The translations under genes and the position numbers were made by a program. A stretch of DNA of 64,000 nucleotides from Candidatus Omnitrophota bacterium (lineage in GTDB: Bacteria; Omnitrophota; Gorgyraeia; Zapsychrales; Zapsychraceae): contig JACKFK010000008.1 of the NCBI GenBank assembly GCA_020632515.1, positions 8,171-72,170 on the forward strand, given 5' to 3'. The notes under the pieces were generated by a model. It had not been told where the DNA came from, ran no database searches, and saw nothing but the letters and a program-made list of their open reading frames with translations. Below are positions 19,575 to 28,470 of the stretch, in pieces. Position 1 is the first letter of the stretch. Every line of letters starts with the position of its first letter.

Positions 19575-20921
19575 ATGTTTTCTAAGATTTTGATTGCCAA
19601 CCGAGGAGAAATCGCTTTACGGATTATTCGCGCTTGTCGTGAAATGAACATTCAGACCGTGGCGGTTTTTTCTGAAGCTGATCGAGATTCTTTGCACGTG
19701 AGGTTTGCGGATGAAGCTGTTTGCGTCGGACCGGCAGCTGGTTTAGATAGTTATTTAAATATTCCCGCGATTATATCAGCAGCAGAAATAACAGATGTTG
19801 AAGCTATTCATCCTGGATATGGTTTCTTAGCGGAAAACGCGCATTTCGCGGAAATTTGTGAGTCTTGTAATATTGTGTTTATTGGCCCGAGTCCACAAAC
19901 AATTCGTAAAATGGGCGATAAGATTGAAGCCAAGAATGCGATGCGCAAGTCGGGAGTGCCTCTTACTCCGGGAGGAAAAGGTGTTGTAAAAACTAAAGAA
20001 GAGGCCATGGAAGTTGCAAAGAAAATTAAATATCCGGTAATCATTAAAGCTTGTGCTGGCGGCGGCGGTAAGGGAATGAGGATTTGCCATAATGATATCA
20101 CGTTAGTTAGTTCTTTCACAGTGGCCCAGAATGAAGCTGAATCTAATTTTGGAAATCCGAATGTTTATATTGAGAAATATATTGAAGATCCCCGGCATAT
20201 CGAAATACAAATTGTTGCGGATCAGTTTGGGAATTGTATTCATTTAGGTGAACGCGATTGTAGTATTCAACGACGGCATCAGAAGTTGTTAGAAGAAGCG
20301 CCATCGCCATCGCTAAGTGAGAAACTACGTAAAAAAATGGGAGAAGCATCTGTCAAAGCAGCAAAGGCTGTTAACTATAAAAGTGTAGGAACTATTGAGT
20401 TTTTGGTTGATAATAAAGATAATTTTTATTTCATGGAAATGAACACTAGAATTCAAGTTGAGCATCCAGTGACGGAAATGATTACCGGAGTAGATTTAAT
20501 TAAAGAGCAGATAAAGATTGCCGCGGGTGAGCGCTTAAGGATTAAACAAGAGTCGGTCAGATTTAGCGGTGCCGCTATTGAATGTCGGATTAATGCGGAA
20601 GATCCAGCAAATAATTTTATTCCTTCACCAGGTAAGATTGAAGAATTGAATTTGCCAGGAGGGCCGGGTGTGCGCTTAGATACGCATATCTATCCTGGAT
20701 ATGTTATTAGTCCGTATTATGATTCTATGGTGGCGAAATTAATTACTTATGGTAAGAATCGAAAAGATGCGATTGCTAAGATGCGCCGAGCGTTAGATGA
20801 ATTTTATATTGCCCCTATAAAAACGACGATAGAATTGCATCGACGTATTTTACAAGACCCTCGTTTTGTTGAAGGTAAGATTTCAACTCATTTTTTGGAA
20901 AAATATTCTAAAAAAGAGTAA
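19575..20921 (+). CDS. accC: acetyl-CoA carboxylase biotin carboxylase
   Basis: [40 protein letters not shown]. Confidence 0.97.
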   Translation: MFSKILIANRGEIALRIIRACREMNIQTVAVFSEADRDSLHVRFADEAVCVGPAAGLDSYLNIPAIISAAEITDVEAIHPGYGFLAENAHFAEICESCNIVFIGPSPQTIRKMGDKIEAKNAMRKSGVPLTPGGKGVVKTKEEAMEVAKKIKYPVIIKACAGGGGKGMRICHNDITLVSSFTVAQNEAESNFGNPNVYIEKYIEDPRHIEIQIVADQFGNCIHLGERDCSIQRRHQKLLEEAPSPSLSEKLRKKMGEASVKAAKAVNYKSVGTIEFLVDNKDNFYFMEMNTRIQVEHPVTEMITGVDLIKEQIKIAAGERLRIKQESVRFSGAAIECRINAEDPANNFIPSPGKIEELNLPGGPGVRLDTHIYPGYVISPYYDSMVAKLITYGKNRKDAIAKMRRALDEFYIAPIKTTIELHRRILQDPRFVEGKISTHFLEKYSKKE

Positions 20922-20932
20922 GAGGAGTAATT

Positions 20933-21289
20933 ATGAGTGAGATATCAAACTCTGAAGTTGGAAGTGTCCATATTCATAAAAAAGTTATTGCGGAGGTGAT
21001 TCATAAAGCGGTTGATGAAACTCGTGGGGTTACGCTCGCACCTAAAACCGTTTCTCAGAGAATAGGTGATCTTTTTGGACAAGAAAGTTTTCCTGGTATC
21101 ATTATTAAGACGGAAGCTTCGGGGGAGATTAGTTTAGAAATCAGAATTCTTGTTAGATTTGGGTTGCATATTCCAGATATTGCCCATGAATTGCAGGAGA
21201 AAATAAAATCTGTCATTAACAAAACAGTGGATGTTAATATTAAGAATATTGATATTAACGTTCAAGGTTTGGAGAGGGGGCAGAAATGA
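20933..21289 (+). CDS. Asp23/Gls24-family alkaline shock protein
   Basis: 118 aa, VIAEVIHKAV...GVT...VNIKNIDINVQGL pattern typical of Asp23. Confidence 0.75.
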   Translation: MSEISNSEVGSVHIHKKVIAEVIHKAVDETRGVTLAPKTVSQRIGDLFGQESFPGIIIKTEASGEISLEIRILVRFGLHIPDIAHELQEKIKSVINKTVDVNIKNIDINVQGLERGQK

Positions 21290-21909
21290 ATTTTATAAAA
21301 AGACTTGCCACATTAGTTTATGTTACATCGGGAATGTTTTTAGGAACTTTTATAATCCTTTATGCTACAAATCGGCTGGATTATTTAAGTGTAACCCGTT
21401 TTTTCCATTTTATTTATTTTGATGATAATTTGCAGATAGTTTTTATGCTGTTGGGTATCATTGTTTTGCTTCAGAATTATATGATTTATAAATATTATTC
21501 AGTTAATGTTCATAGAGATAAAATTATCGCGTTTGATAATCCTTCCGGCCGCGTCACTGTATCGCTGTTTGCCATGGAAGATTTGGTTAAACGGGTAATT
21601 TATCAATTGCCGGAGATTAAAGATGCTAAAGCCACAATTATGGCAACTAAAAAAGGATTACGCATCAAGACAAGATTAAGTTTACGTTCTGAAGTTAATA
21701 TTCCTGAAATTACATCGAAAGTACAAGGTATTGTTAAGAAGAAAATTCAGGATATTATTGGGTTGGATGAACCGATTAATATTGCGATTTTTATTGGTAA
21801 GATTGTGTTGGAAAAATCTAAAGAAAAGAGTAAAGAAAAGAAAAAAGATGTAATCCTGGATGATGATTCTTCTGAACCAACCGTACCTTTTCATGGGTAT
21901 AGAGCTTAA
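21286..21909 (+). CDS. membrane protein, AmaP-like Asp23 anchor (tentative)
   Basis: Two N-terminal TM helices, overlaps Asp23 gene stop by 4 nt, the arrangement known for amaP-asp23 loci. Confidence 0.5.
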   Translation: MNFIKRLATLVYVTSGMFLGTFIILYATNRLDYLSVTRFFHFIYFDDNLQIVFMLLGIIVLLQNYMIYKYYSVNVHRDKIIAFDNPSGRVTVSLFAMEDLVKRVIYQLPEIKDAKATIMATKKGLRIKTRLSLRSEVNIPEITSKVQGIVKKKIQDIIGLDEPINIAIFIGKIVLEKSKEKSKEKKKDVILDDDSSEPTVPFHGYRA

Positions 21910-21928
21910 AACAAGATTGGAATAATTT

Positions 21929-22951
21929 ATGAAAAAGATTGGCATACTTACAGGCGGGGCTGATTGTCCAGGGCTTAACTCGGTAATACGAGCAGTGGTG
22001 CGCAAAGCTATGCAGGAAGGTTATGTCGTAACAGGTATTAAGAATGGTTGGGCTGGGCTTATTGAAAATGATATGAGGATTTTGGATTTAAGATTGACAT
22101 CGGGGATATTGGATCGAGGAGGGACAATTTTAGGGACCAGTCGATTTCGTCCGCCGCTTAGTCCGGAGCATTTGCGAACGATCACGGAGAATTTTAAACG
22201 CAGCGGGATTGATGCGTTAATTGCTGTTGGCGGCGAAGATACTTTAAAAATTGCGTTAGAATTAATTAATTACAGCTCGTTGCCGATTATAGGAGTTCCT
22301 AAGTCGATTGATAATGCGTTGTCAGGGACAGATTATGCATTTGGATTTGATACCGCGGTTAATATTGCCGCCGAATGTATTGACAGGTTACATACTACTG
22401 CGGAAAGTCATCATCGGATTATTGTAATTGAAGTTATGGGAAAATATACCGGTTGGATCGCTCTTGAGGCTGGCATTGCTGGGGGAGCTGATATTATTTT
22501 GGTGCCGGAATATCCTATCAATATGGATGAGGTTTGTAATGCGCTGACGATCCGTCATAAGCGTGGACGGTCGTTTAGTATATTAGTTGTGTCAGAGGGT
22601 GCAAAAATTCAAGGGCTGCCTGAAACATCTTTTGAAGAAGGGCAGCGGCTGCATCGTGTTAGCAATATCGGGGAAACTTTAGCAAATATTATCGAAGAAC
22701 GCACCGGTTATGAAACGCGGGTTAGTGTTTTAGGGCATATTCAGCGGGGAGGAACTCCGACAGCATTTGATCGGATTATCAGTACGCGTTTTGGTATTAA
22801 AGCTGTTGAATTAGTTAAAGAGGGTAAATTTGGAAAAATGGTGAGTCTTCAAGAGAATAAAATGCATTATGTTGACATTAAAGTAGCGGTTAAAAAAAGA
22901 AAAACGGTAAGTGATGAATTTTTCCAAATTGCTAAAGTTTTTATGGATTAA
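21929..22951 (+). CDS. pfk: 6-phosphofructokinase, residues suggest PPi-dependent type
   Basis: GILTGGADCPGLN, GGEDT (Asp at the Gly104 position) and PKSIDN (Lys at the Gly124 position), HIQRGG. Confidence 0.85.
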   Translation: MKKIGILTGGADCPGLNSVIRAVVRKAMQEGYVVTGIKNGWAGLIENDMRILDLRLTSGILDRGGTILGTSRFRPPLSPEHLRTITENFKRSGIDALIAVGGEDTLKIALELINYSSLPIIGVPKSIDNALSGTDYAFGFDTAVNIAAECIDRLHTTAESHHRIIVIEVMGKYTGWIALEAGIAGGADIILVPEYPINMDEVCNALTIRHKRGRSFSILVVSEGAKIQGLPETSFEEGQRLHRVSNIGETLANIIEERTGYETRVSVLGHIQRGGTPTAFDRIISTRFGIKAVELVKEGKFGKMVSLQENKMHYVDIKVAVKKRKTVSDEFFQIAKVFMD

Positions 22952-22954
22952 AGA

Positions 22955-23518
22955 ATGAAAATACAAATTCAAAAAATTTTTAAAGAGTCTATTAATGTGA
23001 AAGAACAAGCTTTGGAAAAAAATCTTTCACAAATGGAGGCTGTTATCAATGTTGTTATTTCAGCCTTTAAACAAAATGGAAAAATCTTATTTTTTGGTAA
23101 TGGAGGGTCAGCTGCTGACAGTCAACATATTGCGGCTGAGTTTATTGGTCGATTTAAAAAAGAAAGAGTTTCCCTGCCGGCGATTGCGTTGACAACTGAC
23201 ACCTCAATTTTAACGGCACTAGGAAATGATTACGGGTATGATGTTGTTTTTTCCCGGCAGATTGAAGGATTGGGGCAAAAAGGGGATGTCGCCTTTGGAA
23301 TATCTACCAGTGGAAATTCTAAAAATGTTATTGCTGGAATTAATAAAGCGAAAGAAAAAGGGTTAGTTACTGTTTCAATGACTGGTGGCGATGGCGGGGC
23401 GCTGGCCAAATTAACAGATTACGCGTTAATTGTTCCCTCAAGTGATACAGCGCGGATTCAAGAATCGCATATTTGTATGGCGCATACAATTTGCGAATTA
23501 GTAGAAAACAATTTATAA
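22955..23518 (+). CDS. gmhA: phosphoheptose isomerase (SIS domain)
   Basis: FFGNGGSAADSQHIAAEF, STSGNS, 187 aa. Confidence 0.88.
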   Translation: MKIQIQKIFKESINVKEQALEKNLSQMEAVINVVISAFKQNGKILFFGNGGSAADSQHIAAEFIGRFKKERVSLPAIALTTDTSILTALGNDYGYDVVFSRQIEGLGQKGDVAFGISTSGNSKNVIAGINKAKEKGLVTVSMTGGDGGALAKLTDYALIVPSSDTARIQESHICMAHTICELVENNL

Positions 23519-23549
23519 CACATTTTTTATTTCTTTTGGTGTTGGAAGT

Positions 23550-24041
23550 ATGAATACTCGAACTAAAATTGTCACATTGACGACACTAAAAAGAAAACTT
23601 ACCCAACTACGTAAGGAAGGGGAGAAAATAGCCTTTACCAATGGCTGTTTTGATATCCTTCATTATGGTCACGTCAGTTATCTTGAAGCGGCTAAAAAGA
23701 AATCTCGTATTTTAATTGTAGGACTTAACAGTGATTCCTCTATTAGACGGATTAAGGGGGCGGATCGGCCAATTCTTCCTCAAGTTCAACGGGCAGTGGT
23801 TTTGGCTGCATTAGCTTGTATAGATTTTGTTATTATCTTTAATGAAGACACGCCTCTAAAATTAATTAAAGCTCTTAAACCGGATGTTTTGATAAAAGGC
23901 GCTGATTGGAAAAATAAGGGTATTGTCGGGGAGGATGTTGTTTTAGATAATGGGGGTAAGATCGAATATATTAAATATATCCCGAACGCATCCACGACTA
24001 ATGTGATTGAAAGAATTCAGAAAAAATGCAGGAAAATGTAG
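23550..24041 (+). CDS. D-glycero-beta-D-manno-heptose 1-phosphate adenylyltransferase (RfaE/HldE domain II only)
   Basis: FTNGCFDILHYGHVSYL cytidylyltransferase HxGH motif, VGLNSDSSIRRIKG; no kinase domain attached. Confidence 0.85.
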   Translation: MNTRTKIVTLTTLKRKLTQLRKEGEKIAFTNGCFDILHYGHVSYLEAAKKKSRILIVGLNSDSSIRRIKGADRPILPQVQRAVVLAALACIDFVIIFNEDTPLKLIKALKPDVLIKGADWKNKGIVGEDVVLDNGGKIEYIKYIPNASTTNVIERIQKKCRKM

Positions 24042-24442
24042 ATCAAAATTTGCTGAGGATTATTGACGCAAATTTAAATAGAGTGAGAGAAGGGTTGAGG
24101 GTTTGTGAGGATGTGTGTCGGTTTATCTTAAATAAAGAAGATGAAACAGCTCGATTTAAAAATATTCGGCATCATTTAAGTAAAATATGTTTAATGGTCG
24201 ACTTTAAAGAAATTTTGAAAGCGCGAAATATTGAAGCTGATGTTGGTGTACATTCGACTGTTTCAGAATTAACGAGAGAAAACGTGACCGATATTTTCCT
24301 GGCTAACGCACAACGTGTGAAAGAATCAATAAGAGTGCTTGAAGAATTTTATAAATTGATTGATAAGAATGTCGCCCAGGAAATTAAATCCACACGATAT
24401 CAGTTTTATGCGCTTGAAAAAAGAATTGCTCAAGAGTTCTAG
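24026..24442 (+). CDS. ThiE-associated N-terminal domain encoded as a separate ORF
   Basis: LLRIIDANLNRVREGLRVCEDVCRFIL resembles the N-terminal extension I recall fused to ThiE in many anaerobes; here it ends at a TAG in a different frame from thiE. Confidence 0.55.
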   Translation: MQENVDQNLLRIIDANLNRVREGLRVCEDVCRFILNKEDETARFKNIRHHLSKICLMVDFKEILKARNIEADVGVHSTVSELTRENVTDIFLANAQRVKESIRVLEEFYKLIDKNVAQEIKSTRYQFYALEKRIAQEF

Positions 24443-25064
24443 GATCTATCTAATCTTAGATACGCAGGTTAAAAGTTACGATCAGCTTTTTGAAATAGTA
24501 AAGAAAGCTTTTCAATCGGGTATAAGAATCTTTCAGCTGCGAGACAAGTGCGGATCCGCTCGCGATATATTGCGATTTTGTGATAAAATGTGTTCTTTGA
24601 TTAATGACGAAGCGATTTTTATTATCAATGATCGAATTGATTTAGCCTTAATAGGCAGGGCTGATGGTGTTCATTTGGGGCAAGATGATATTCCTCTTTC
24701 TTCAGCGAGGGGAATGGTAGGTTTTGAACCGATTATTGGTGTTTCATGTCAAAATTTAGAACATGCCCGAGAGGCGCAAGCGCAAGGGGCTGATTATATC
24801 GGATTTGGTTCTGTATTTAAGACGCTAACAAAACCTGATCGTTTGCCTATGGATTTAGATTTACTGCAAAAGGTTGCGCGTGAGATTACAATTCCTGTTT
24901 TTGCTATAGGAGGAATTAATAAGCAGAATATAAAAATTGTTTTAGAACAAGGTATTAAGTATGTCGCGGTATGCCGATCATTATTAGACGCGGATAATTT
25001 CGCTAAAGACGCGGCAGAATTACAATATTTAATAAAAGCGAAGGAAGACGGTCTGCGAGAGTAG
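24408..25064 (+). CDS. thiE: thiamine-phosphate synthase
   Basis: RIYLILDT, FQLRDK, INDRIDLAL, ADGVHLGQDD, IGVSC, ADYIGFGSVF, FAIGGI; start ambiguous (ATGs at 24360, 24369, 24408). Confidence 0.88.
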   Translation: MRLKKELLKSSRIYLILDTQVKSYDQLFEIVKKAFQSGIRIFQLRDKCGSARDILRFCDKMCSLINDEAIFIINDRIDLALIGRADGVHLGQDDIPLSSARGMVGFEPIIGVSCQNLEHAREAQAQGADYIGFGSVFKTLTKPDRLPMDLDLLQKVAREITIPVFAIGGINKQNIKIVLEQGIKYVAVCRSLLDADNFAKDAAELQYLIKAKEDGLRE

Positions 25065-25128
25065 TTCAGTGGCAGAACCCCAGCTTCCCAAGCTGGTGAC
25101 GAGGGTTCGATTCCCTTCTCTCGCTCCA
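25055..25128 (+). tRNA. tRNA-Gly (anticodon CCC), CCA encoded
   Basis: Folded by hand: acceptor GCGAGAG/CTCTCGC, D stem GTTC/GAAC, anticodon stem CCAGC/GCTGG with loop TTCCCAA, T arm GAGGG-TTCGATT-CCCTT, discriminator T, CCA. Confidence 0.9.
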
Positions 25129-25152
25129 TAGCTTTTAAAATTATGCAGGAAT

Positions 25153-25833
25153 ATGATTTTCTTGAATAACCATTTTAAATTTTTATTTTTTAGTTTACTT
25201 ATATTTATATCAGGGTGTACGGCTACAACGGAATATGATTATGGGTATGTGCCGTCTCAAGATAAAACTGAATCAGTCCAAGATGGAATTTATCACAAGG
25301 TAAAACCAGGTGATAGTATATGGAGAATAGCAGAGACATATAATGTTTCGGTTGATGAAGTAGTTGAATCGAATAAAATCCCTGATGTAGCTAAGATTGA
25401 AACAAATCAATTGGTCTTTATCCCAGGGGCAGTCATTGAAAAAGAATTTATTTTATCTACTCCTCAGGATGAAGAGTTTTATTGGCCGGTAACTGGGCGG
25501 GTTATAAAGTATTTTAATGTTCAGCAGGGGCGAGAAATTAATCAAGGGATTGATATTAAAGCAAAGGCAGGGGAATTTGTTAAAGCTTCACGTTCTGGCA
25601 CTGTTGTTTTTGCGGATTATTTAACGGGTTATGGTAATACGCTAATATTAGATCATCAGGATGATTTTTACACGGTGTACTCAAAAAATTCTAAGCTTTT
25701 AGTCCGGTTAGGTGATGTTGTTAAACGCAACGATCCTATTTCAGAAGTCGATAAAAATGAAAACTTAGCTTTCTTGCATTTTCAAATCAGAAAAAATGCA
25801 AAGGAAGAAAATCCTTTATTTTATTTGCCATGA
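25153..25833 (+). CDS. LysM + degenerate LytM (M23) lipoprotein, NlpD-like
   Basis: Lipobox FISGC; LysM YHKVKPGDSIWRIAETYNVSV; M23 fold, but NQGIDI replaces HxGxD and FLHFQIR replaces HLHFE (metal ligands missing). Confidence 0.82.
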   Translation: MIFLNNHFKFLFFSLLIFISGCTATTEYDYGYVPSQDKTESVQDGIYHKVKPGDSIWRIAETYNVSVDEVVESNKIPDVAKIETNQLVFIPGAVIEKEFILSTPQDEEFYWPVTGRVIKYFNVQQGREINQGIDIKAKAGEFVKASRSGTVVFADYLTGYGNTLILDHQDDFYTVYSKNSKLLVRLGDVVKRNDPISEVDKNENLAFLHFQIRKNAKEENPLFYLP

Positions 25834-27467
25834 ATTATATCGATGAAGAACAAAACTTTTATGGCCGTCGCGATATTTTAGATGTTTTTAAACGACGGGT
25901 TAAAGATTTAAAAGAAGGGTATCGTCAGAATGTGGCTTTATTAGGGTGTAAACATGTCGGAAAGAGTGCTGTTTTACGTAACTTTGTTTCTAATTTAGAT
26001 GATGATGATATTACGTCAGTGTATTTGGATTTAGAAAATAAGGATTTCCATTATTTTATTCATATGTTTATTGGCGGTTTATTATATAGCTATTCAAAAT
26101 CTAAGAATTTGCAGACATATGATGAGATTAAATTATTGTTAGAAAATACCAAGAAATATATTCCTCACACCATTCAAGTGATCCAGAAAATATTTTCCGA
26201 TTATCATGCTAAGAAAACCACCGAAGCTTTTTTGGGGGTGTTGGCCTTGCCGGAAATCTACGCAAACGAAACTGGGAAGTTTTGTGTGTTAATTCTAGAT
26301 GAGTTTCAGAATTTAGATAATTTTTTAATCCCCAATTGTTTTCAGGATTTGGGGAAGAAGATTATGACACAAAAAAGATGCTATTACATTGTTTCCAGTT
26401 CTTATAGCGATGTTGCCTATAAGATACTCTCTGAGAAACTTTCGCTATTATTTGGAAATTTTGAGATTATTAATATAAATCCTTTTGACTTTCGGGATAG
26501 TTCGCAGTTTATCGTGCATAATCTCAGAAATTGCAAAATTGGTATTCAGTTACGTAATTTTTTGGCTGACTTTGCGGGAGGGCATCCTTTATATATTCAC
26601 TTAATTTGTCGAGAATTAATGAATTTAAGTGCTATACATCATCAAAATGAAATTTATATGCCTTTGTTGGTTCAAGCGATTGAAAACACGTTATTTGATC
26701 GATGGGGTGTGATTAGCCGGCATTTTGATTTAGTGATTAATGACCTTTGTTCGGGAAAAGGAAATCAGATTAATTCATTAATTTTGTTATCCTTTGCTAA
26801 TGGGAAATTCAAGACGGATGAAATTATTGAGGATATAGGTGTGAAAAAGCATCAGCTGCAACAAAAGATTAATCGTTTAATTGCTCAGGAGATTATTGTC
26901 CGTAATGGAAGTTTCTTTTATTTTCAGGACAAATTATTTCGATATTGGTTAAAATACGTTTATCAAAAACGCATTAAAGGTGTTGAATTTTCCCCTGATA
27001 AACAACGCCGACAATTTAAAGAAGAGATTAATAAGAGTGTTGAAGAATTCAAAATGAATACTCGTAAAGATTTTCCATCTCGGATTATGGAATTGCTTCA
27101 TTGTTTCGAAAACGAACAGATACATTTGAATGGGCGAAAATATCGGGTCCCGAACTTTTTGGAAATGGAAATTATTAAATGGCAGAATGAAAGCGGATGC
27201 GGTTTTGACGCTATTCGTGCAGCGACCGTTGATAATGTGTGGTATATCGTGATGAAGAAGGATAATTTCTGTGAGAATGATGTTAATGTTGTTTTAGGAG
27301 AATTAAAGAAGAATGGAAAAAGGTCTGAGCGTTGTGTTATTGTGTCTTTATCGGATTTAGATGAGAATGCGCGCATCAGAGCTTTGCAAGAACGGTTTTG
27401 GATTTGGACAGAACATGAATTAAATACATTATTAACTCTTTCTAATAAACCTTATATTACTCGATGA
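25830..27467 (+). CDS. AAA+/STAND-like ATPase of the Arch_ATPase + DUF234 type
   Basis: FYGRRDIL..., Walker A GCKHVGKS, Walker B VLILDEFQNL, winged-helix-like middle, C-terminal GFDAIRAA...WYIVMKK...VIVSLS nuclease-fold-like block. Confidence 0.7.
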   Translation: MNYIDEEQNFYGRRDILDVFKRRVKDLKEGYRQNVALLGCKHVGKSAVLRNFVSNLDDDDITSVYLDLENKDFHYFIHMFIGGLLYSYSKSKNLQTYDEIKLLLENTKKYIPHTIQVIQKIFSDYHAKKTTEAFLGVLALPEIYANETGKFCVLILDEFQNLDNFLIPNCFQDLGKKIMTQKRCYYIVSSSYSDVAYKILSEKLSLLFGNFEIININPFDFRDSSQFIVHNLRNCKIGIQLRNFLADFAGGHPLYIHLICRELMNLSAIHHQNEIYMPLLVQAIENTLFDRWGVISRHFDLVINDLCSGKGNQINSLILLSFANGKFKTDEIIEDIGVKKHQLQQKINRLIAQEIIVRNGSFFYFQDKLFRYWLKYVYQKRIKGVEFSPDKQRRQFKEEINKSVEEFKMNTRKDFPSRIMELLHCFENEQIHLNGRKYRVPNFLEMEIIKWQNESGCGFDAIRAATVDNVWYIVMKKDNFCENDVNVVLGELKKNGKRSERCVIVSLSDLDENARIRALQERFWIWTEHELNTLLTLSNKPYITR

Positions 27468-27940
27468 AAATAGGTGTTATTGCTGATACCCATTCAAAAT
27501 TAATTCCAAAGAAAATTTTGGATGAGTTTAAGAAAGTGGATTTTATCGTTCATGCTGGAGATTTTTGTACGGTCGAGGATTATCGGCTTTTGTCTAGTTT
27601 TAATAAAATTATTGCTGTTTACGGAAACATGGATGAACCCGCGTTAGTGAAGAAGCTGCCTGAGAAAACGGTTTTTAGTTTTGGAAAATTTTTAATAGGA
27701 TTAACTCATGGACACGGCCCTTCCAAGAAGGTTTTAACATTTGTGCAAGAGAGTTTTTGCAAAGACAAAGTTGACGCTGTAATCTTCGGGCATTCTCATG
27801 ACCCCATAAATCAGGTTATAAATGGTGTTTTGTATTTCAATCCAGGAAGTCCGAATGATGATATTGTGGCTCCATATAATTCGTATGGAATTATAGAAAT
27901 AAAAGACAATCAATTAGTCGGACATATTATCAAAGTCTAA
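27464..27940 (+). CDS. YfcE/MJ0936-family metallophosphoesterase
   Basis: IGVIADTH, HAGDF, GNMD, LTHGH, GHSH motifs of calcineurin-like phosphoesterases, 158 aa. Confidence 0.85.
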   Translation: MKIGVIADTHSKLIPKKILDEFKKVDFIVHAGDFCTVEDYRLLSSFNKIIAVYGNMDEPALVKKLPEKTVFSFGKFLIGLTHGHGPSKKVLTFVQESFCKDKVDAVIFGHSHDPINQVINGVLYFNPGSPNDDIVAPYNSYGIIEIKDNQLVGHIIKV

Positions 27941-27964
27941 TTTTTAAGAAATAAGGATACTGTT

Positions 27965-28450
27965 ATGGATAAAATATGGGCCCCATGGCGCTCAACATAT
28001 GTTACTCGAATATTAAAGAAGCAAAAAGGATGTGTGTTTTGTCGTATGATTAAGGAAAAAAAAGATGTGACAAATTATATCCTTAAACGTAATGAATATT
28101 GTTTTGCTGTTTTAAACTTATATCCGTACAACAATGGGCACATTCTTATTGTTACTAACAGGCATGTTGATGATATTAGTAAATTAAAGAAAACAGAACG
28201 TGACGATATGATGGATTTGTTAGATGAAATGAAAAAAAAAGTAAAAAAAGTTTTAAAACCGCATGGGTTTAATATTGGTATTAATCTTGGTCGTGTGGCT
28301 GGGGCAGGTTTTCCAGGGCATCTGCATATTCATATTGTTCCTCGATGGAAAGGGGATGTTAATTTTATGCCAGTCACGGCAGATGCTAGAGTTATTTCAC
28401 AGTCATTAAAATTTTTGCACAAAAAAATAACAGATTTGGATTTGAATTGA
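27965..28450 (+). CDS. HIT-family nucleotide hydrolase/transferase
   Basis: WAPWR N-terminus, CVFC, histidine triad HLHIHIVPR. Confidence 0.85.
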   Translation: MDKIWAPWRSTYVTRILKKQKGCVFCRMIKEKKDVTNYILKRNEYCFAVLNLYPYNNGHILIVTNRHVDDISKLKKTERDDMMDLLDEMKKKVKKVLKPHGFNIGINLGRVAGAGFPGHLHIHIVPRWKGDVNFMPVTADARVISQSLKFLHKKITDLDLN

Positions 28451-28470
28451 GTATAGAAAAGTAGGATATA

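Noticed and set aside
24794-25129. 111-aa minus-strand ORF spanning the thiE 3' end and the tRNA
   Set aside because: It overlaps both a well-supported CDS and the tRNA-Gly gene on the opposite strand, so it is not credible as a gene.
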